A stretch of DNA of 62,688 bases from Trueperaceae bacterium (GTDB taxonomy: Bacteria > Deinococcota > Deinococci > Deinococcales > Trueperaceae): assembly GCA_003556805.1 (NCBI GenBank), contig PWQI01000099.1, positions 1-62,688 of the forward strand, written 5' to 3'. A program made the translations under genes and the position numbers. Every line of letters starts with the position of its first letter. The first letter of the stretch is position 1. This document shows, piece by piece, positions 48,119 to 59,485 of the stretch. Under the pieces are notes generated by a model, which was not told the DNA's origin, made no database searches, and saw only the letters and a list, made by a program, of their open reading frames with translations.

Positions 48119-48886
48119 ATGACGACGGCACCCGACGCGCCCACACCCCAAGCGGTTCGCGCGGCCCTTCTCGCCGGCGACGGTGCGCGCGCCGAACGGT
48201 CGTGGCGGGCGCTCATCGCGATCGAGCCCGATGCGACCACCGCCTGGACCTGTGGCATCGAGGTGGCGGGCTGGCGCGCCGACGCCGAGGCCGTGGCGGA
48301 ACGCGAGCGCGGCGGCCGCGCGGCGCTCGCGCGCTCCGGCGGCGCATGGCGCGAACGCCACGCGCTCGCGCTCGCGTCGGGCGAGGCCCACGTGTGCCTG
48401 GCAGACCTCCGCGGCGCGCTACCGCGCCTGGGCGAGGCGCTCGGACAGACCGAGTGGCACCCGGGCGACCCCGCCGTCGTCACGGCGTTGCTGGCCATCG
48501 CACACGTGCACGCGCTCCACGCCGCGCCGCGCAAGGCGCTCGAGCAGGTCGCTAGGGCGGCGCTCCGCGCCGCCGCGCACGCCGCGGAGCGCGCGCGCGC
48601 GCGAAGGTGGCGGGCGCGGGCGCACTGGGTCGTCGCCGTCGCGAACGTGCGCCTCGGCCACTCGGCCGCGGCCGCAGCGGCACGCCGTGCTCGGCGCTTG
48701 GCAGGCCTCGCGCGCGCCGACGGCCGCGTGCCGGAGGCGTTGCGGCTCGACGCCGAGGCGGCCGTGCTGAGCGACGATGCGTCGGCCGAGGCGGGCACGC
48801 TCGCGCGCGCCGACGCTCTCGACCTGGCTGGCGTGCGCGGTCGGGCCACGCTGCTGCGCGCCGCACTGGTGCGCAGCCGCAGCTGA
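48119..48886 (+). CDS. Hypothetical Ala/Arg-rich helical (TPR-like?) protein
   Basis: 255-aa ORF with consistently G/C third positions. The ATG lies 8 nt after a TAGGCT -10 box (48105..48110). I recognised no family. Confidence 0.5.
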   Translation: MTTAPDAPTPQAVRAALLAGDGARAERSWRALIAIEPDATTAWTCGIEVAGWRADAEAVAERERGGRAALARSGGAWRERHALALASGEAHVCLADLRGALPRLGEALGQTEWHPGDPAVVTALLAIAHVHALHAAPRKALEQVARAALRAAAHAAERARARRWRARAHWVVAVANVRLGHSAAAAAARRARRLAGLARADGRVPEALRLDAEAAVLSDDASAEAGTLARADALDLAGVRGRATLLRAALVRSRS

Positions 48887-48966
48887 GATCGTGCATGGCA
48901 GCGCCGCGCGCGCCCATGCGTCAGATGCGTTACCTCTCCCGGCGCCGTGCCGGTGTTCACTGACCC

Positions 48967-51366
<2,400 letters not shown>

Positions 51367-51388
51367 CCGGCCCCAGCGTCGCGGGCGC

Positions 51389-53251
51389 TCAGACCGCCGC
51401 TTCGTCGCCGTCTTGCGCGCCGTGCCGGCCGTCGGCGAGCCCGCGGTGCTGCAGCATGTGGAGACGCGCGTAGCGACCGCCGCGGGCGATCAGCGCGGCG
51501 TGATCGCCACGCTCCACCACGCGGCCACCCTCGACGACGGCGATGGCGTCCGCCTCGCGAACCGTCGCGAGCCGGTGCGCGATCACCAGCATGGTCACGC
51601 TCCCCTCCGCGAGGCGACCGGCGAGGGCCTCCTGGACGACCGCTTCGGCCTCTGCGTCGAGATGCGACGTCGCCTCGTCGAGCACGAGCACCCGGGCCCC
51701 GCGCAACAGCGCCCGCGCGATCGCCAGGCGCTGGCGCTGCCCACCAGACAGCTTCACGCCGCGCTCACCCACTTCGGTGTGCACACCCTGCGGTAGCTCG
51801 CCCACGAACGTCGCCGCGCCGGCGAGCGTCAGCGCCCGCAGCGCGTCGGCCTCGACGGCCTCGGGGCTGCCGTAGCGCACGTTCTCCAGCACGCTGCCGC
51901 TGAACACCGTCGGCTCCTGCGGGACGATCGCGATCGCGCGCCGCAGGGCGCGCAGGTCGAGGTCGCGCAGGTCGACGCCCCCGAGCGCGATGCGGCCCGC
52001 CTCGGGATCGTAGAGCCGCTGCACCAGGCGCGTGACGGTGCTCTTGCCGCCGCCCGAGGCGCCGACCAGCGCCACCGTCCCGCCGGCCGGAACCGTCAAG
52101 TCGAAGCCATCGAGGGCCGGGCGCTCCGCCTCGGTGTAGCGGAACCGCACGCCCTGCATCACCAGCTCGGTCCCGTCGGGGAGCGCCAGGTCGCCGCTCG
52201 GCTCGCTGGGCCGCGTGATCAACTCGTCGAGGCGCTCGAGCGCCGCGATGCCGGCCTGGAGCTGGTTGTTGAAGTTCAGGACGAACACGACGGGGCCCAT
52301 GAGCTGGCCGAGGTAGAGCAGGAAGGCCACCAGGACGCCGACGGTCAGCTCGGGTCCGGGCAGCGTCGCGAGCGCGTCGCCGGCGGCGCCGGAGACCGCG
52401 ATGCCGCCGATCACCAGGATGGCCCCGGCACCGAGACCGCCGGCCAGGCCGATCCCGCCCTGCATCAGGCCGAGGTGGCGGCGCCGTTCGAGGTTGAGGC
52501 GTCGGTACGAGCGCGACTCGCCCCCGAAGCGTTCGCTCTCCTGCTCCTCGGCGGTGAAGCCCTTGACGGTCGCGATGTGGCCGATCGCCTCCGTCGCCAC
52601 CGCGGTCATGTCGCCGACCTTGGCGCGCACCGCGCGCGCGAGGCGCCGCAGTGGCTCCTGGAACGCCAAGGTGACTCCGCTCATCGCGACGACGACCAGC
52701 ACTGCCACCAGCGCCAGCGGCCAGTGCATGGCGAACATCAACGCCAGCACGACGCCGATGCTGAACAGCTGGCCCACGATGCGCGACGCCCCGGCCTGGA
52801 TCATCGCCTCGAGCGCGTTGACGTCGGCGACGACGCGCGAGACGAGCGAGCCGGAGCGCTCGCGCGTGAAGCGCGCCAGCGGCAGCGTGAGCAGGTGGGC
52901 GTAGGTGCTGCGGCGCACGTCGTCGACCACGCGCTGCGTGAACGCGAACGACACGAACATGCCCGCGTACTCGAGCGCCTCGCGGATCACGTAGTACGCG
53001 ACCAGGACGAGCGCCAACACGCCGAAGATGCGCAGCTCGCCGGCCGGGATCGCCACGTCGAGGACGTAGCGCGCGAACTGCGGCGCCAGCTGGGCGACCG
53101 CGGAACTCAGCGCGATGAGGAGCGACACGCCGACGACCTGGGCGCGATACGGCGCGAGCAGCGCCAGCAGGCGCGGCAGGGCGCGGGCGACCGGGCCCGC
53201 GGGCGCGGTGCTGCCGGTCGCGCCGACGTCGCCGATGCCGCCGGCGTTCAC
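51389..53251 (-). CDS. ABC exporter, fused permease/ATPase (MsbA/multidrug type)
   Basis: A six-TM domain is followed by GASGGGKST, LSGGQRQR and VLVLDEATS. I placed the start at the GTG at 53251, which overlaps the manA TGA. Confidence 0.85.
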   Translation of the reverse strand: MNAGGIGDVGATGSTAPAGPVARALPRLLALLAPYRAQVVGVSLLIALSSAVAQLAPQFARYVLDVAIPAGELRIFGVLALVLVAYYVIREALEYAGMFVSFAFTQRVVDDVRRSTYAHLLTLPLARFTRERSGSLVSRVVADVNALEAMIQAGASRIVGQLFSIGVVLALMFAMHWPLALVAVLVVVAMSGVTLAFQEPLRRLARAVRAKVGDMTAVATEAIGHIATVKGFTAEEQESERFGGESRSYRRLNLERRRHLGLMQGGIGLAGGLGAGAILVIGGIAVSGAAGDALATLPGPELTVGVLVAFLLYLGQLMGPVVFVLNFNNQLQAGIAALERLDELITRPSEPSGDLALPDGTELVMQGVRFRYTEAERPALDGFDLTVPAGGTVALVGASGGGKSTVTRLVQRLYDPEAGRIALGGVDLRDLDLRALRRAIAIVPQEPTVFSGSVLENVRYGSPEAVEADALRALTLAGAATFVGELPQGVHTEVGERGVKLSGGQRQRLAIARALLRGARVLVLDEATSHLDAEAEAVVQEALAGRLAEGSVTMLVIAHRLATVREADAIAVVEGGRVVERGDHAALIARGGRYARLHMLQHRGLADGRHGAQDGDEAAV

Positions 53252-54258
53252 GCGGTGCCCCGAACCAACACGGCGTCGCCGTGCCAGCGGGCCGGGCCCA
53301 GCCGCGCCGGCAGCGCGACGCTCTCGAAGCGCTCCACGGCGCAGCTGCCGCCCGCCCACGCCAGCGTGGCGGCGCCCTCGAGAACCGTCCAGAGTTCGAG
53401 GCTGCGAGGCTCCACCTGCCAGGCGTGCTCGAGCGGGGCGGCCTCGCGACCGAGCGTCCAGCGCTCCATGCGGAACGCGTCGGTGGTCGCGAGGCGCTCC
53501 CGGCCAGGCGCCAGCGGCAGCGGGTGCGCAGCGGGCGCAGCGGGCGTCAAGCGCGCGACGTCGAGCGCCTTGTCGACGTGCAGGTCACGCGCTCGACCCG
53601 CGGCGTCGCGGCGGTCGAAGTCGTAGAGCCGGTAGGTGAGATCGCTCGCCTGCTGCAGTTCGTACAAGACGATGCCTGGGCCGACGGCGTGGACGACGCC
53701 GGCCTCGTTCACGACCACGTCCCCCGGAGCGACCGGCAGCTGACGCAGCAGCGCCTCCAGGCTGGCGGCAGCCACCGCGTCGCGGACCTCGTCACGTGAG
53801 ACGGCGCGACGCCAGCCCCAGGCAACGCTCGCGTGGGCGGCGGCGTCGAGGATCAACCACGCCTCGGTCTTCCCCAGGTGGCCGCTCGCACGCTCGGCGG
53901 ACAGCGCGTAGGCGTCGTCGGGGTGCACCTGCACCGACAACGTTTCCACGGCGTCCAAGAGCTTGACGAGCAGCGGCATGCGGGCACCGTAACGCGCGAA
54001 CGGTGCGCTGCCGACGAACGCTTCGCCGAGCGTGGCGGCGAGGGCGCCGAGCGTCGCCGTCGCCCCTGCCGGGGCGGCGCGGCCGTCGTTCGCCGGCACG
54101 GCGCGGGTGTCGGGGCCGGCCAACCAGGCCTCGCCCACCGGTCCGTCCGGTGGCGGTGCGGCGCGCGGCAGGTCGACGAGGCGCCGGCCGCCCCAGGGGC
54201 GCTCGACGAGCGCCGGTTCGAGGCGCAGGGGGGTACGGGTGGGGTCGCTGGTCTGCAT
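53248..54258 (-). CDS. manA: Mannose-6-phosphate isomerase, class I (Bacillus-type)
   Basis: The motifs VERPWGG, LSVQVHPDD, GKTEAWLILDA and YELQQASDLTYRLYDFDR are present. The start is trimmed to the ATG at 54258. Confidence 0.85.
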   Translation of the reverse strand: MQTSDPTRTPLRLEPALVERPWGGRRLVDLPRAAPPPDGPVGEAWLAGPDTRAVPANDGRAAPAGATATLGALAATLGEAFVGSAPFARYGARMPLLVKLLDAVETLSVQVHPDDAYALSAERASGHLGKTEAWLILDAAAHASVAWGWRRAVSRDEVRDAVAAASLEALLRQLPVAPGDVVVNEAGVVHAVGPGIVLYELQQASDLTYRLYDFDRRDAAGRARDLHVDKALDVARLTPAAPAAHPLPLAPGRERLATTDAFRMERWTLGREAAPLEHAWQVEPRSLELWTVLEGAATLAWAGGSCAVERFESVALPARLGPARWHGDAVLVRGTA

Positions 54259-54326
54259 CGTGAAGGGTTCCGGAGCGCGAACACACGCACCGGTCATCGC
54301 CGGCACGTACGATAGGGCGCGAGCCG

Positions 54327-54947
54327 ATGACCGACGCCCTCGCGTACTTTATCAACGATGCCGGTTGGCTCGCCCCGCTCTACTACGTGCTGTCGTTCGT
54401 GGTCACGGCGCTGCTGCCGTTCATCCCAACGCCGCTCGTGGGCGCGTTGGGCGGAGCCGCGTTGGGGACAGGTCCCGCCATCGCGTACGGCGTCGTGGGC
54501 TTGGGTCTCGGAGCCCTCGTGGCCCTCAACCTGTCGCGTCGCCTGGGCCGGCCGATCGCGCTCAAGATCGTCTCCCCCTCCGCCTGGGCCGTGTGGGAGT
54601 CCCTCCTCGGCGTGCGCTCACTGCTGTTGTGGGGCGTGATCTTCTTCGTCCTCAACGTCGACTTCGCGGTCGTCGCGGCGGGCCTGTCGTCGCTGCGCCT
54701 GCGCGACCTATGGATCACGGCCATGATCGCGCGCTTCCCCTGGCTCGTCGCAAGCGCCTGGTTCGGCGAGCTGATCTTCGTGTCCGACACGGTGATGCTG
54801 TTGGCGCTCGTGGTGATGCTCGCGATGATGGTGGTGATCGGGAAGGTCCGGCCACGCGTCCAACACTGGCTCGTGCGGTGGGTCGAACGCCACGACCCCG
54901 AGGCCGCTGCGCGCTCGCGCCAACGGGCGCGGCGCGACGATCGATGA
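54327..54947 (+). CDS. TVP38/TMEM64 (VTT-domain) membrane protein, second copy in the window
   Basis: 206-aa multi-TM ORF with the same family pattern as 7418..8158. Confidence 0.7.
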   Translation: MTDALAYFINDAGWLAPLYYVLSFVVTALLPFIPTPLVGALGGAALGTGPAIAYGVVGLGLGALVALNLSRRLGRPIALKIVSPSAWAVWESLLGVRSLLLWGVIFFVLNVDFAVVAAGLSSLRLRDLWITAMIARFPWLVASAWFGELIFVSDTVMLLALVVMLAMMVVIGKVRPRVQHWLVRWVERHDPEAAARSRQRARRDDR

Positions 54948-55848
54948 CTTCCTCCACGACCCTGCCCGGCAGCTCGAGCCCAGCGCAGGGCCCTTTCGCT
55001 TCCCGGAGCGAGCGGCGGGTCGCGCGCTGCCCGAGATCGTCGACGGCACGGCGATCGGACCGAGCCGACTCGCCGACGTGCTCGAAGCGAGCGGCACGAT
55101 CGCGTTCCTGGTCGTCCAGGACGATGTGATCGCGTACGAGCGGTACTTCGGGGGCCACACGGAGGAGTCACCGTCTCAGTCCTTCTCCGTGACGAAGTCG
55201 ATCACCTCGGCGCTCGTCGGCGCCGCCCTCGACGACGGCATCCTCCGTTCCGTCGATCAGCCGGTCGTCGACCTCGTCCCCGAGTACGCCAGCCGCGATC
55301 TCGATCGCGTGACGCTCGCGCACCTGCTCGCGATGACGTCAGGCATCGACTACGTCGAGAACGACAACCCGTTCGGGCTCCACGTGCCTTTCAACGACAC
55401 CTCGGACACCGAGCGGATGATGCTCGCGTTCCGGTTGGACGGCGAGCCGGGGTCCGAGTTCCGCTCCAAGTCGGGCGACGTCGGCCTCCTGTCGCTCGTC
55501 CTCAGCCGTGCGCTCGCGCCTGAGACGATCGCGGCTTACGCGCAGCGCCGGCTCTGGACGCCGCTCGGCATGGAGCACGAGGGGATCTGATCGCTCGATC
55601 GGGGCGGAGTCGACGACGCCGTGTGGCCGGCCGACTTCAAAGCGGTTGGATTCCGGAACTACGCAGCCCTGTGGTGGCTGCTCTCCGAAGACGAGGGCGA
55701 CGTCCTGGCCCAGGGAAAGGACGGCCAGTTCCTCTACGTGAACCCCGCCCGGAACACGATCGTCGTACGGCTCGGTCGGGGCGCCGGCGATCTTCGCACC
55801 AGCCAATGGGTGTCGCTGTTCCGAGGCGTGTCGCGCGCGGTGGAGTGA
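54944..55848 (+). pseudogene. Beta-lactamase-fold serine hydrolase interrupted by an in-frame TGA (55588..55590); 5' start unresolved
   Basis: ORFs 55078..55590 and 55621..55848 share one frame. They carry the SxxK motif SVTKS and the late motif GKDGQFLYVNPARNTIVVRLG. The coding-like frame extends upstream to about 54940 without a start codon, while an ATG at 54944 (ATGA junction with the upstream gene) is in another frame. Confidence 0.6.
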
Positions 55849-55884
55849 ACGAGGTCGCTCAGGGAGGCTGACCGTCATCGCGCC

Positions 55885-55902
55885 CAGCCGAACCGTCGGC
55901 TG
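55885..55902. terminator. Small hairpin between convergent genes (7-bp stem)
   Basis: cagccga accg tcggctg. Confidence 0.3.
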
Positions 55903-55944
55903 GACGAGCGACCCCATCATTTCGCCGCTGGCCCGGACCGCCCC

Positions 55945-56634
55945 TCAACCGCCGGGTGCGACCAACGGCTCGGCCACCGCGAGTCGCCCCTCGTCGAGCC
56001 TGACGTGCCGATCGGCGTCGGCGACCAGCGCCTCGTCGTGCGTGACGATGACCACGGCCGCGCCACGGGCGTTCGCCGCGGTGCGCAGCACCTGGTAGAC
56101 GGCGTGCGCGCTGGCGCGATCGAGGCTACCGGTGGGCTCGTCGGCCAGCACGACGCTGGGACCCAGCACGAGTGCCCTGGCGACGGCGACGCGTTGGCGC
56201 TCGCCACCCGAGAGCGCGTGGATCGTGGCGCGGGCCCGGTCGGCGAGGCCCATCGCTTCGAGGAGGGCGCGCCCCTCGTCATCCACCCTGCGACCCGCGA
56301 TCCGTCCTGGCAGCGTCACGTTCTCGATGACGTCGAGTTCGCTCAGCAGGTAGTGGTGCTGGAACACCAGCCCCACGTGAGCCGCCCGACGCGCGGCCAG
56401 CCCAGGCGCCGCCGGGTCGATCCGAACACCCGCCCACAGCACCTCGCCACCGTCGACGCCATCGAGTCCGGCCATGAGATGGAGCAAGGTGCTCTTCCCC
56501 GAACCCGATGGGCCCAGGACCGCCACCACCTCGGCCCGCTCGACGCGCAGGTCCACGCCTCGCAACACCTCGACGCGTCCCCGCGGGGACGGGTAGCCCT
56601 TCCGCAGGTCGACGCTTTCGAGGACGGGGTGCAT
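55945..56634 (-). CDS. ABC transporter ATP-binding protein (LolD/MacB/FtsE-type), no adjacent permease
   Basis: GPSGSGKST, LSGGERQR and VLADEPTGSLD are present. The ATG lies 6 nt after a TATACT -10 box (56641..56646, minus strand). Confidence 0.88.
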   Translation of the reverse strand: MHPVLESVDLRKGYPSPRGRVEVLRGVDLRVERAEVVAVLGPSGSGKSTLLHLMAGLDGVDGGEVLWAGVRIDPAAPGLAARRAAHVGLVFQHHYLLSELDVIENVTLPGRIAGRRVDDEGRALLEAMGLADRARATIHALSGGERQRVAVARALVLGPSVVLADEPTGSLDRASAHAVYQVLRTAANARGAAVVIVTHDEALVADADRHVRLDEGRLAVAEPLVAPGG

Positions 56635-56641
56635 GGGGGTA

Positions 56642-56658
56642 GTATACGGACCGTGTAC
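56642..56658. promoter_or_regulatory. 17-bp near-perfect palindrome GTATACGG-A-CCGTGTAC in the divergent ABC-ATPase / Crp promoter region
   Basis: The 8-bp arms carry one mismatch. The palindrome overlaps the ABC ATPase -10 box. Confidence 0.35.
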
Positions 56659-56692
56659 ATCCTGTCCCGAACATCAGTCGTGAGGCGCTGAG

Positions 56693-57400
56693 GTGAGCGA
56701 GGGCGTCGACGCACCGAGCACGATCGCGTTCCTCGCAGGCGTTCCGCTGTTCGAGGGCGCGCCGCAGCGCGCGCTCGAGGTGGCCGCGGGCGTGGTGCGG
56801 CCGCGCAGCTTCGAGGAGGGCGCCGTCCTGTTCCGCGAGGGCGACACCGGCGACGCGCTCTACCTGCTCGCGGGCGGGTTGGTGAAGCTGTCGAAGGTCG
56901 ACCTCGGCGGGCACGAGAAGACCCTGGCGCTCTTGCAGCCGCCGGAGTTCTTCGGCGAGATGGCGCTGCTCGGCCAGGCCACGCGCTCCGCCACGGCGCT
57001 CGCGCTCTCGAAGGTCAGCGCCTACATGCTCTTCCGCGACGACTTCCAGCGCCTCTTGACGACCTACCCCACCGTGAACCTCAACCTTACGACCACGCTC
57101 GCCAACCGCCTGCGCGGCATGGACGACGAGGCGCAGGTGCTGTCGTACAAGGACGCACCCGGCCGCGTGGCGTACGTGCTGCTGCGGCTCTACCGCTCCG
57201 GCGTGGTGTCGCTCGAGGCCAACGGCGCGCTGGTGCGGCTGACCCACCAAGACCTCGCGAACCTCGCCGGCACGTCGCGCGAGACCGTGACGCGGGCCCT
57301 GAAGGCACTCGAGGAGGAGGGCGTGATCGTGACGCGGCCGAAGGAGGTCAGGATCATCGACCCTGACGGCCTCGAGGAGGTTCTCCACGGCATCCGCTGA
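56693..57400 (+). CDS. Crp/Fnr-family transcription regulator
   Basis: A cNMP-binding domain (GDTGDALYLLAGGLVKLS...FFGEMALL) plus a C-terminal HTH (SRETVTRALKALEEEGVI). Confidence 0.88.
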   Translation: MSEGVDAPSTIAFLAGVPLFEGAPQRALEVAAGVVRPRSFEEGAVLFREGDTGDALYLLAGGLVKLSKVDLGGHEKTLALLQPPEFFGEMALLGQATRSATALALSKVSAYMLFRDDFQRLLTTYPTVNLNLTTTLANRLRGMDDEAQVLSYKDAPGRVAYVLLRLYRSGVVSLEANGALVRLTHQDLANLAGTSRETVTRALKALEEEGVIVTRPKEVRIIDPDGLEEVLHGIR

Positions 57401-57413
57401 CGGCGCCGCCGCG

Positions 57414-58745
57414 GTGGTACCACGCCCGGTGCCGGGGCCGCGGGGCCTGGAACACGCGCGGGTGATGAACCTGGCGGCGGGCGACACGCGCGCCGCCATC
57501 GACGTGTTGCGCGCACGCCACGGCGACGCCTTCGTGTTCGGATTCGGCGCCATCCGGTTCCATTGGCTCATCGGCGCGGAGGCCAACCGGTTCGTGCTCC
57601 AGGAGCGCGCCGGCGCCTTCCGCAACCGTGAGGCGTACCGCTTCCTCGAACCGATCGGCGGTCCCACGGCGCTGATCGTGTCGGACGAGCCCGAGCACCT
57701 CCGCCGTCGTCGGCGGGTGCAACCGGCGTTCCACCGCCAACGTGTCGACACGTGGACGGAGCGCGCCGTCGACGCCTTCGAGGCGTGGAGTCGCACGGTG
57801 ATCGGGCGCGGCACGGTGGCGCTGCAGGGCGCCCTGCGCGGGGTCGTCCTCGACCTGGTGATCGACGTCTTGTTGGGCCCCGGCACGCGCACGCGTCACC
57901 CCGGCCTGCATCGCGACCTGGCTTCGATGATGGCCTTCGCGAACCAGCCGTTCCTCGCCCAACTCTTCCGTGTGCCCCTGCCGGGCACGCCGTGGTGGCG
58001 CTTCCTGGCCGCTCGTAGGCGCGTCGACGAGGTGCTGTACGCGGAGATCGCGCGGCGCCGCGAACATGGTGCCGACGACGACAGCGTGGTGTCGCTCCTG
58101 CTGCGCTCCGAGGGCGAGGGCGCAGCGCTGGACGACGCGGAGCTGCGCGATCAGGCCGTGAGCCTGGTGTCGGCGGGCTTCGACACCACCACGGCGGCGC
58201 TGACCTGGTGCGCCTGGCTGCTGTGCGACGAGGCGTTGCGCACCCGCGTGGCCGACGACGTCGCCGCGCTCGACCCGGCCACCGCGGCCGCTCACCCGAC
58301 GATCGACGCCCTCTGGCGCGAGGCGTTGCGGCTCTACCCGCCGGCGCCGGCGATCCTGCGCGTGACCGCAGAAGACGTGTTGTGGCGCGACGTGCACCTG
58401 ACGGCCGGGGCGCTCGTCGGGTTGTCGACGTTCCACACCCACCGAGACGCGGCCTCGTGGCGCGAGCCGACGTCGGTGCGGCTCGAACGCTGGGCCGGAG
58501 ACGATGGTCCGTGGAGCGCGCCGCGCGATCCGTTCGCCTACTTGCCGTTCGGCCACGGCGCCCGCTACTGCATCGGCGCCGGCCTGGCGCGCACGCTCGC
58601 CGGTGCGTGGCTGAGCGTGATGCTGCGCAGCGCCCGTTGGCACGCCCTCGACCCCGCCAACGTCAAGCCGGTCGGCACGACGCTGTCACCGCCCCGCGGT
58701 CTGCCGGTGCGGTTCGAGCCGTACGGGGCGTCGGGGGCCGACTAG
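57414..58745 (+). CDS. Cytochrome P450
   Basis: The I-helix AGFDTT, the EALRLYPPA region and the heme loop FGHGARYCIG are present. It starts 13 nt after the crp-like stop. Confidence 0.9.
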   Translation: MVPRPVPGPRGLEHARVMNLAAGDTRAAIDVLRARHGDAFVFGFGAIRFHWLIGAEANRFVLQERAGAFRNREAYRFLEPIGGPTALIVSDEPEHLRRRRRVQPAFHRQRVDTWTERAVDAFEAWSRTVIGRGTVALQGALRGVVLDLVIDVLLGPGTRTRHPGLHRDLASMMAFANQPFLAQLFRVPLPGTPWWRFLAARRRVDEVLYAEIARRREHGADDDSVVSLLLRSEGEGAALDDAELRDQAVSLVSAGFDTTTAALTWCAWLLCDEALRTRVADDVAALDPATAAAHPTIDALWREALRLYPPAPAILRVTAEDVLWRDVHLTAGALVGLSTFHTHRDAASWREPTSVRLERWAGDDGPWSAPRDPFAYLPFGHGARYCIGAGLARTLAGAWLSVMLRSARWHALDPANVKPVGTTLSPPRGLPVRFEPYGASGAD

Positions 58746-59299
58746 GCCGAGACCTTGGCTGGGAGCGGTGTGATCACACCTTCGTCGAGGTCGAACGGGA
58801 CGATCTCGGCATGCTCGATCGTCCGCGGGCTCCCCAGCAACGACTGGATGACCACCGCGTGGGTGACCACGATCAACGGCTCGAAGCCGCGGTACCGACC
58901 GAGCACACGCAGCACCCGCTCGCGCACCTCGTCGATCGACTCCCAGGGCGCGTCGGCACTCGTCGGTCCCGGCCGCAGCTCGCCGCTGGCACGCTCGAGG
59001 AGCGCCCCGTCGATCTCGCCCAGCGGGTCCTTCTGCGGCAGCCACTCGTGCAGGTCGTACTCCACGTAGAGCGGCTTGTTCAGCGTCCGCGACAGCAGCG
59101 CAGCCGACTCCAGCGCCCGGGCGTACGAGCTGCACACGATGGCGCTGGCGTCCTGGAGGCGATAGTCACGCGCGATGGTGTCGATCTGCAGGCGGCCGAT
59201 CGAGCTGAGCGGTGCGAACGACGTCGCCCAGCCGCGCACACCGCGCGCGGTGACGACATCGTAGTCGGTCTCGCCATGCCGAACGAAGTACACCCTCAC
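58742..59299 (-). CDS. Histidine phosphatase (phosphoglycerate-mutase-like) family protein
   Basis: The VRVYFVRHGETDYD RHG motif is present. The start is trimmed to the GTG at 59299. Confidence 0.8.
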   Translation of the reverse strand: MRVYFVRHGETDYDVVTARGVRGWATSFAPLSSIGRLQIDTIARDYRLQDASAIVCSSYARALESAALLSRTLNKPLYVEYDLHEWLPQKDPLGEIDGALLERASGELRPGPTSADAPWESIDEVRERVLRVLGRYRGFEPLIVVTHAVVIQSLLGSPRTIEHAEIVPFDLDEGVITPLPAKVSA

Positions 59300-59485
59300 G
59301 CTGCCGCCTCGGGGGACACACGCTGTCCGACGCTCCGTCGGTGCTCCCAGGAACACGCTATCAGCACCCCTCGCGGGGGGCTGTCGGAGGTTTCACTCGC
59401 CCGCCACGCTTGAGCGACGTGCCGCCAGGCCGCTAGAGTGGGGCGTGCCACACGACCGTACCGGCCGACCCTGCGCGACGGCGCG

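Noticed and set aside
48887-48966. Heat-shock operator (CIRCE or HAIR-type inverted repeat) upstream of lon
   Set aside because: I could not find TTAGCACTC-N9-GAGTGCTAA or CTTGAGT-N7-ACTCAAG-like sequences in the 80-nt spacer.
55588-55590. In-frame TGA as selenocysteine or programmed read-through
   Set aside because: The aligned position is expected to be Trp, not Cys/Sec. I saw no SECIS-like hairpin immediately downstream and no sel genes in the window. A nonsense mutation or base-call error is simpler.
58742-58745. P450 and histidine phosphatase share a palindromic CTAG that provides the TAG stop on both strands
   Set aside because: This is a real but trivial consequence of tight convergent packing. 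No functional inference is warranted.
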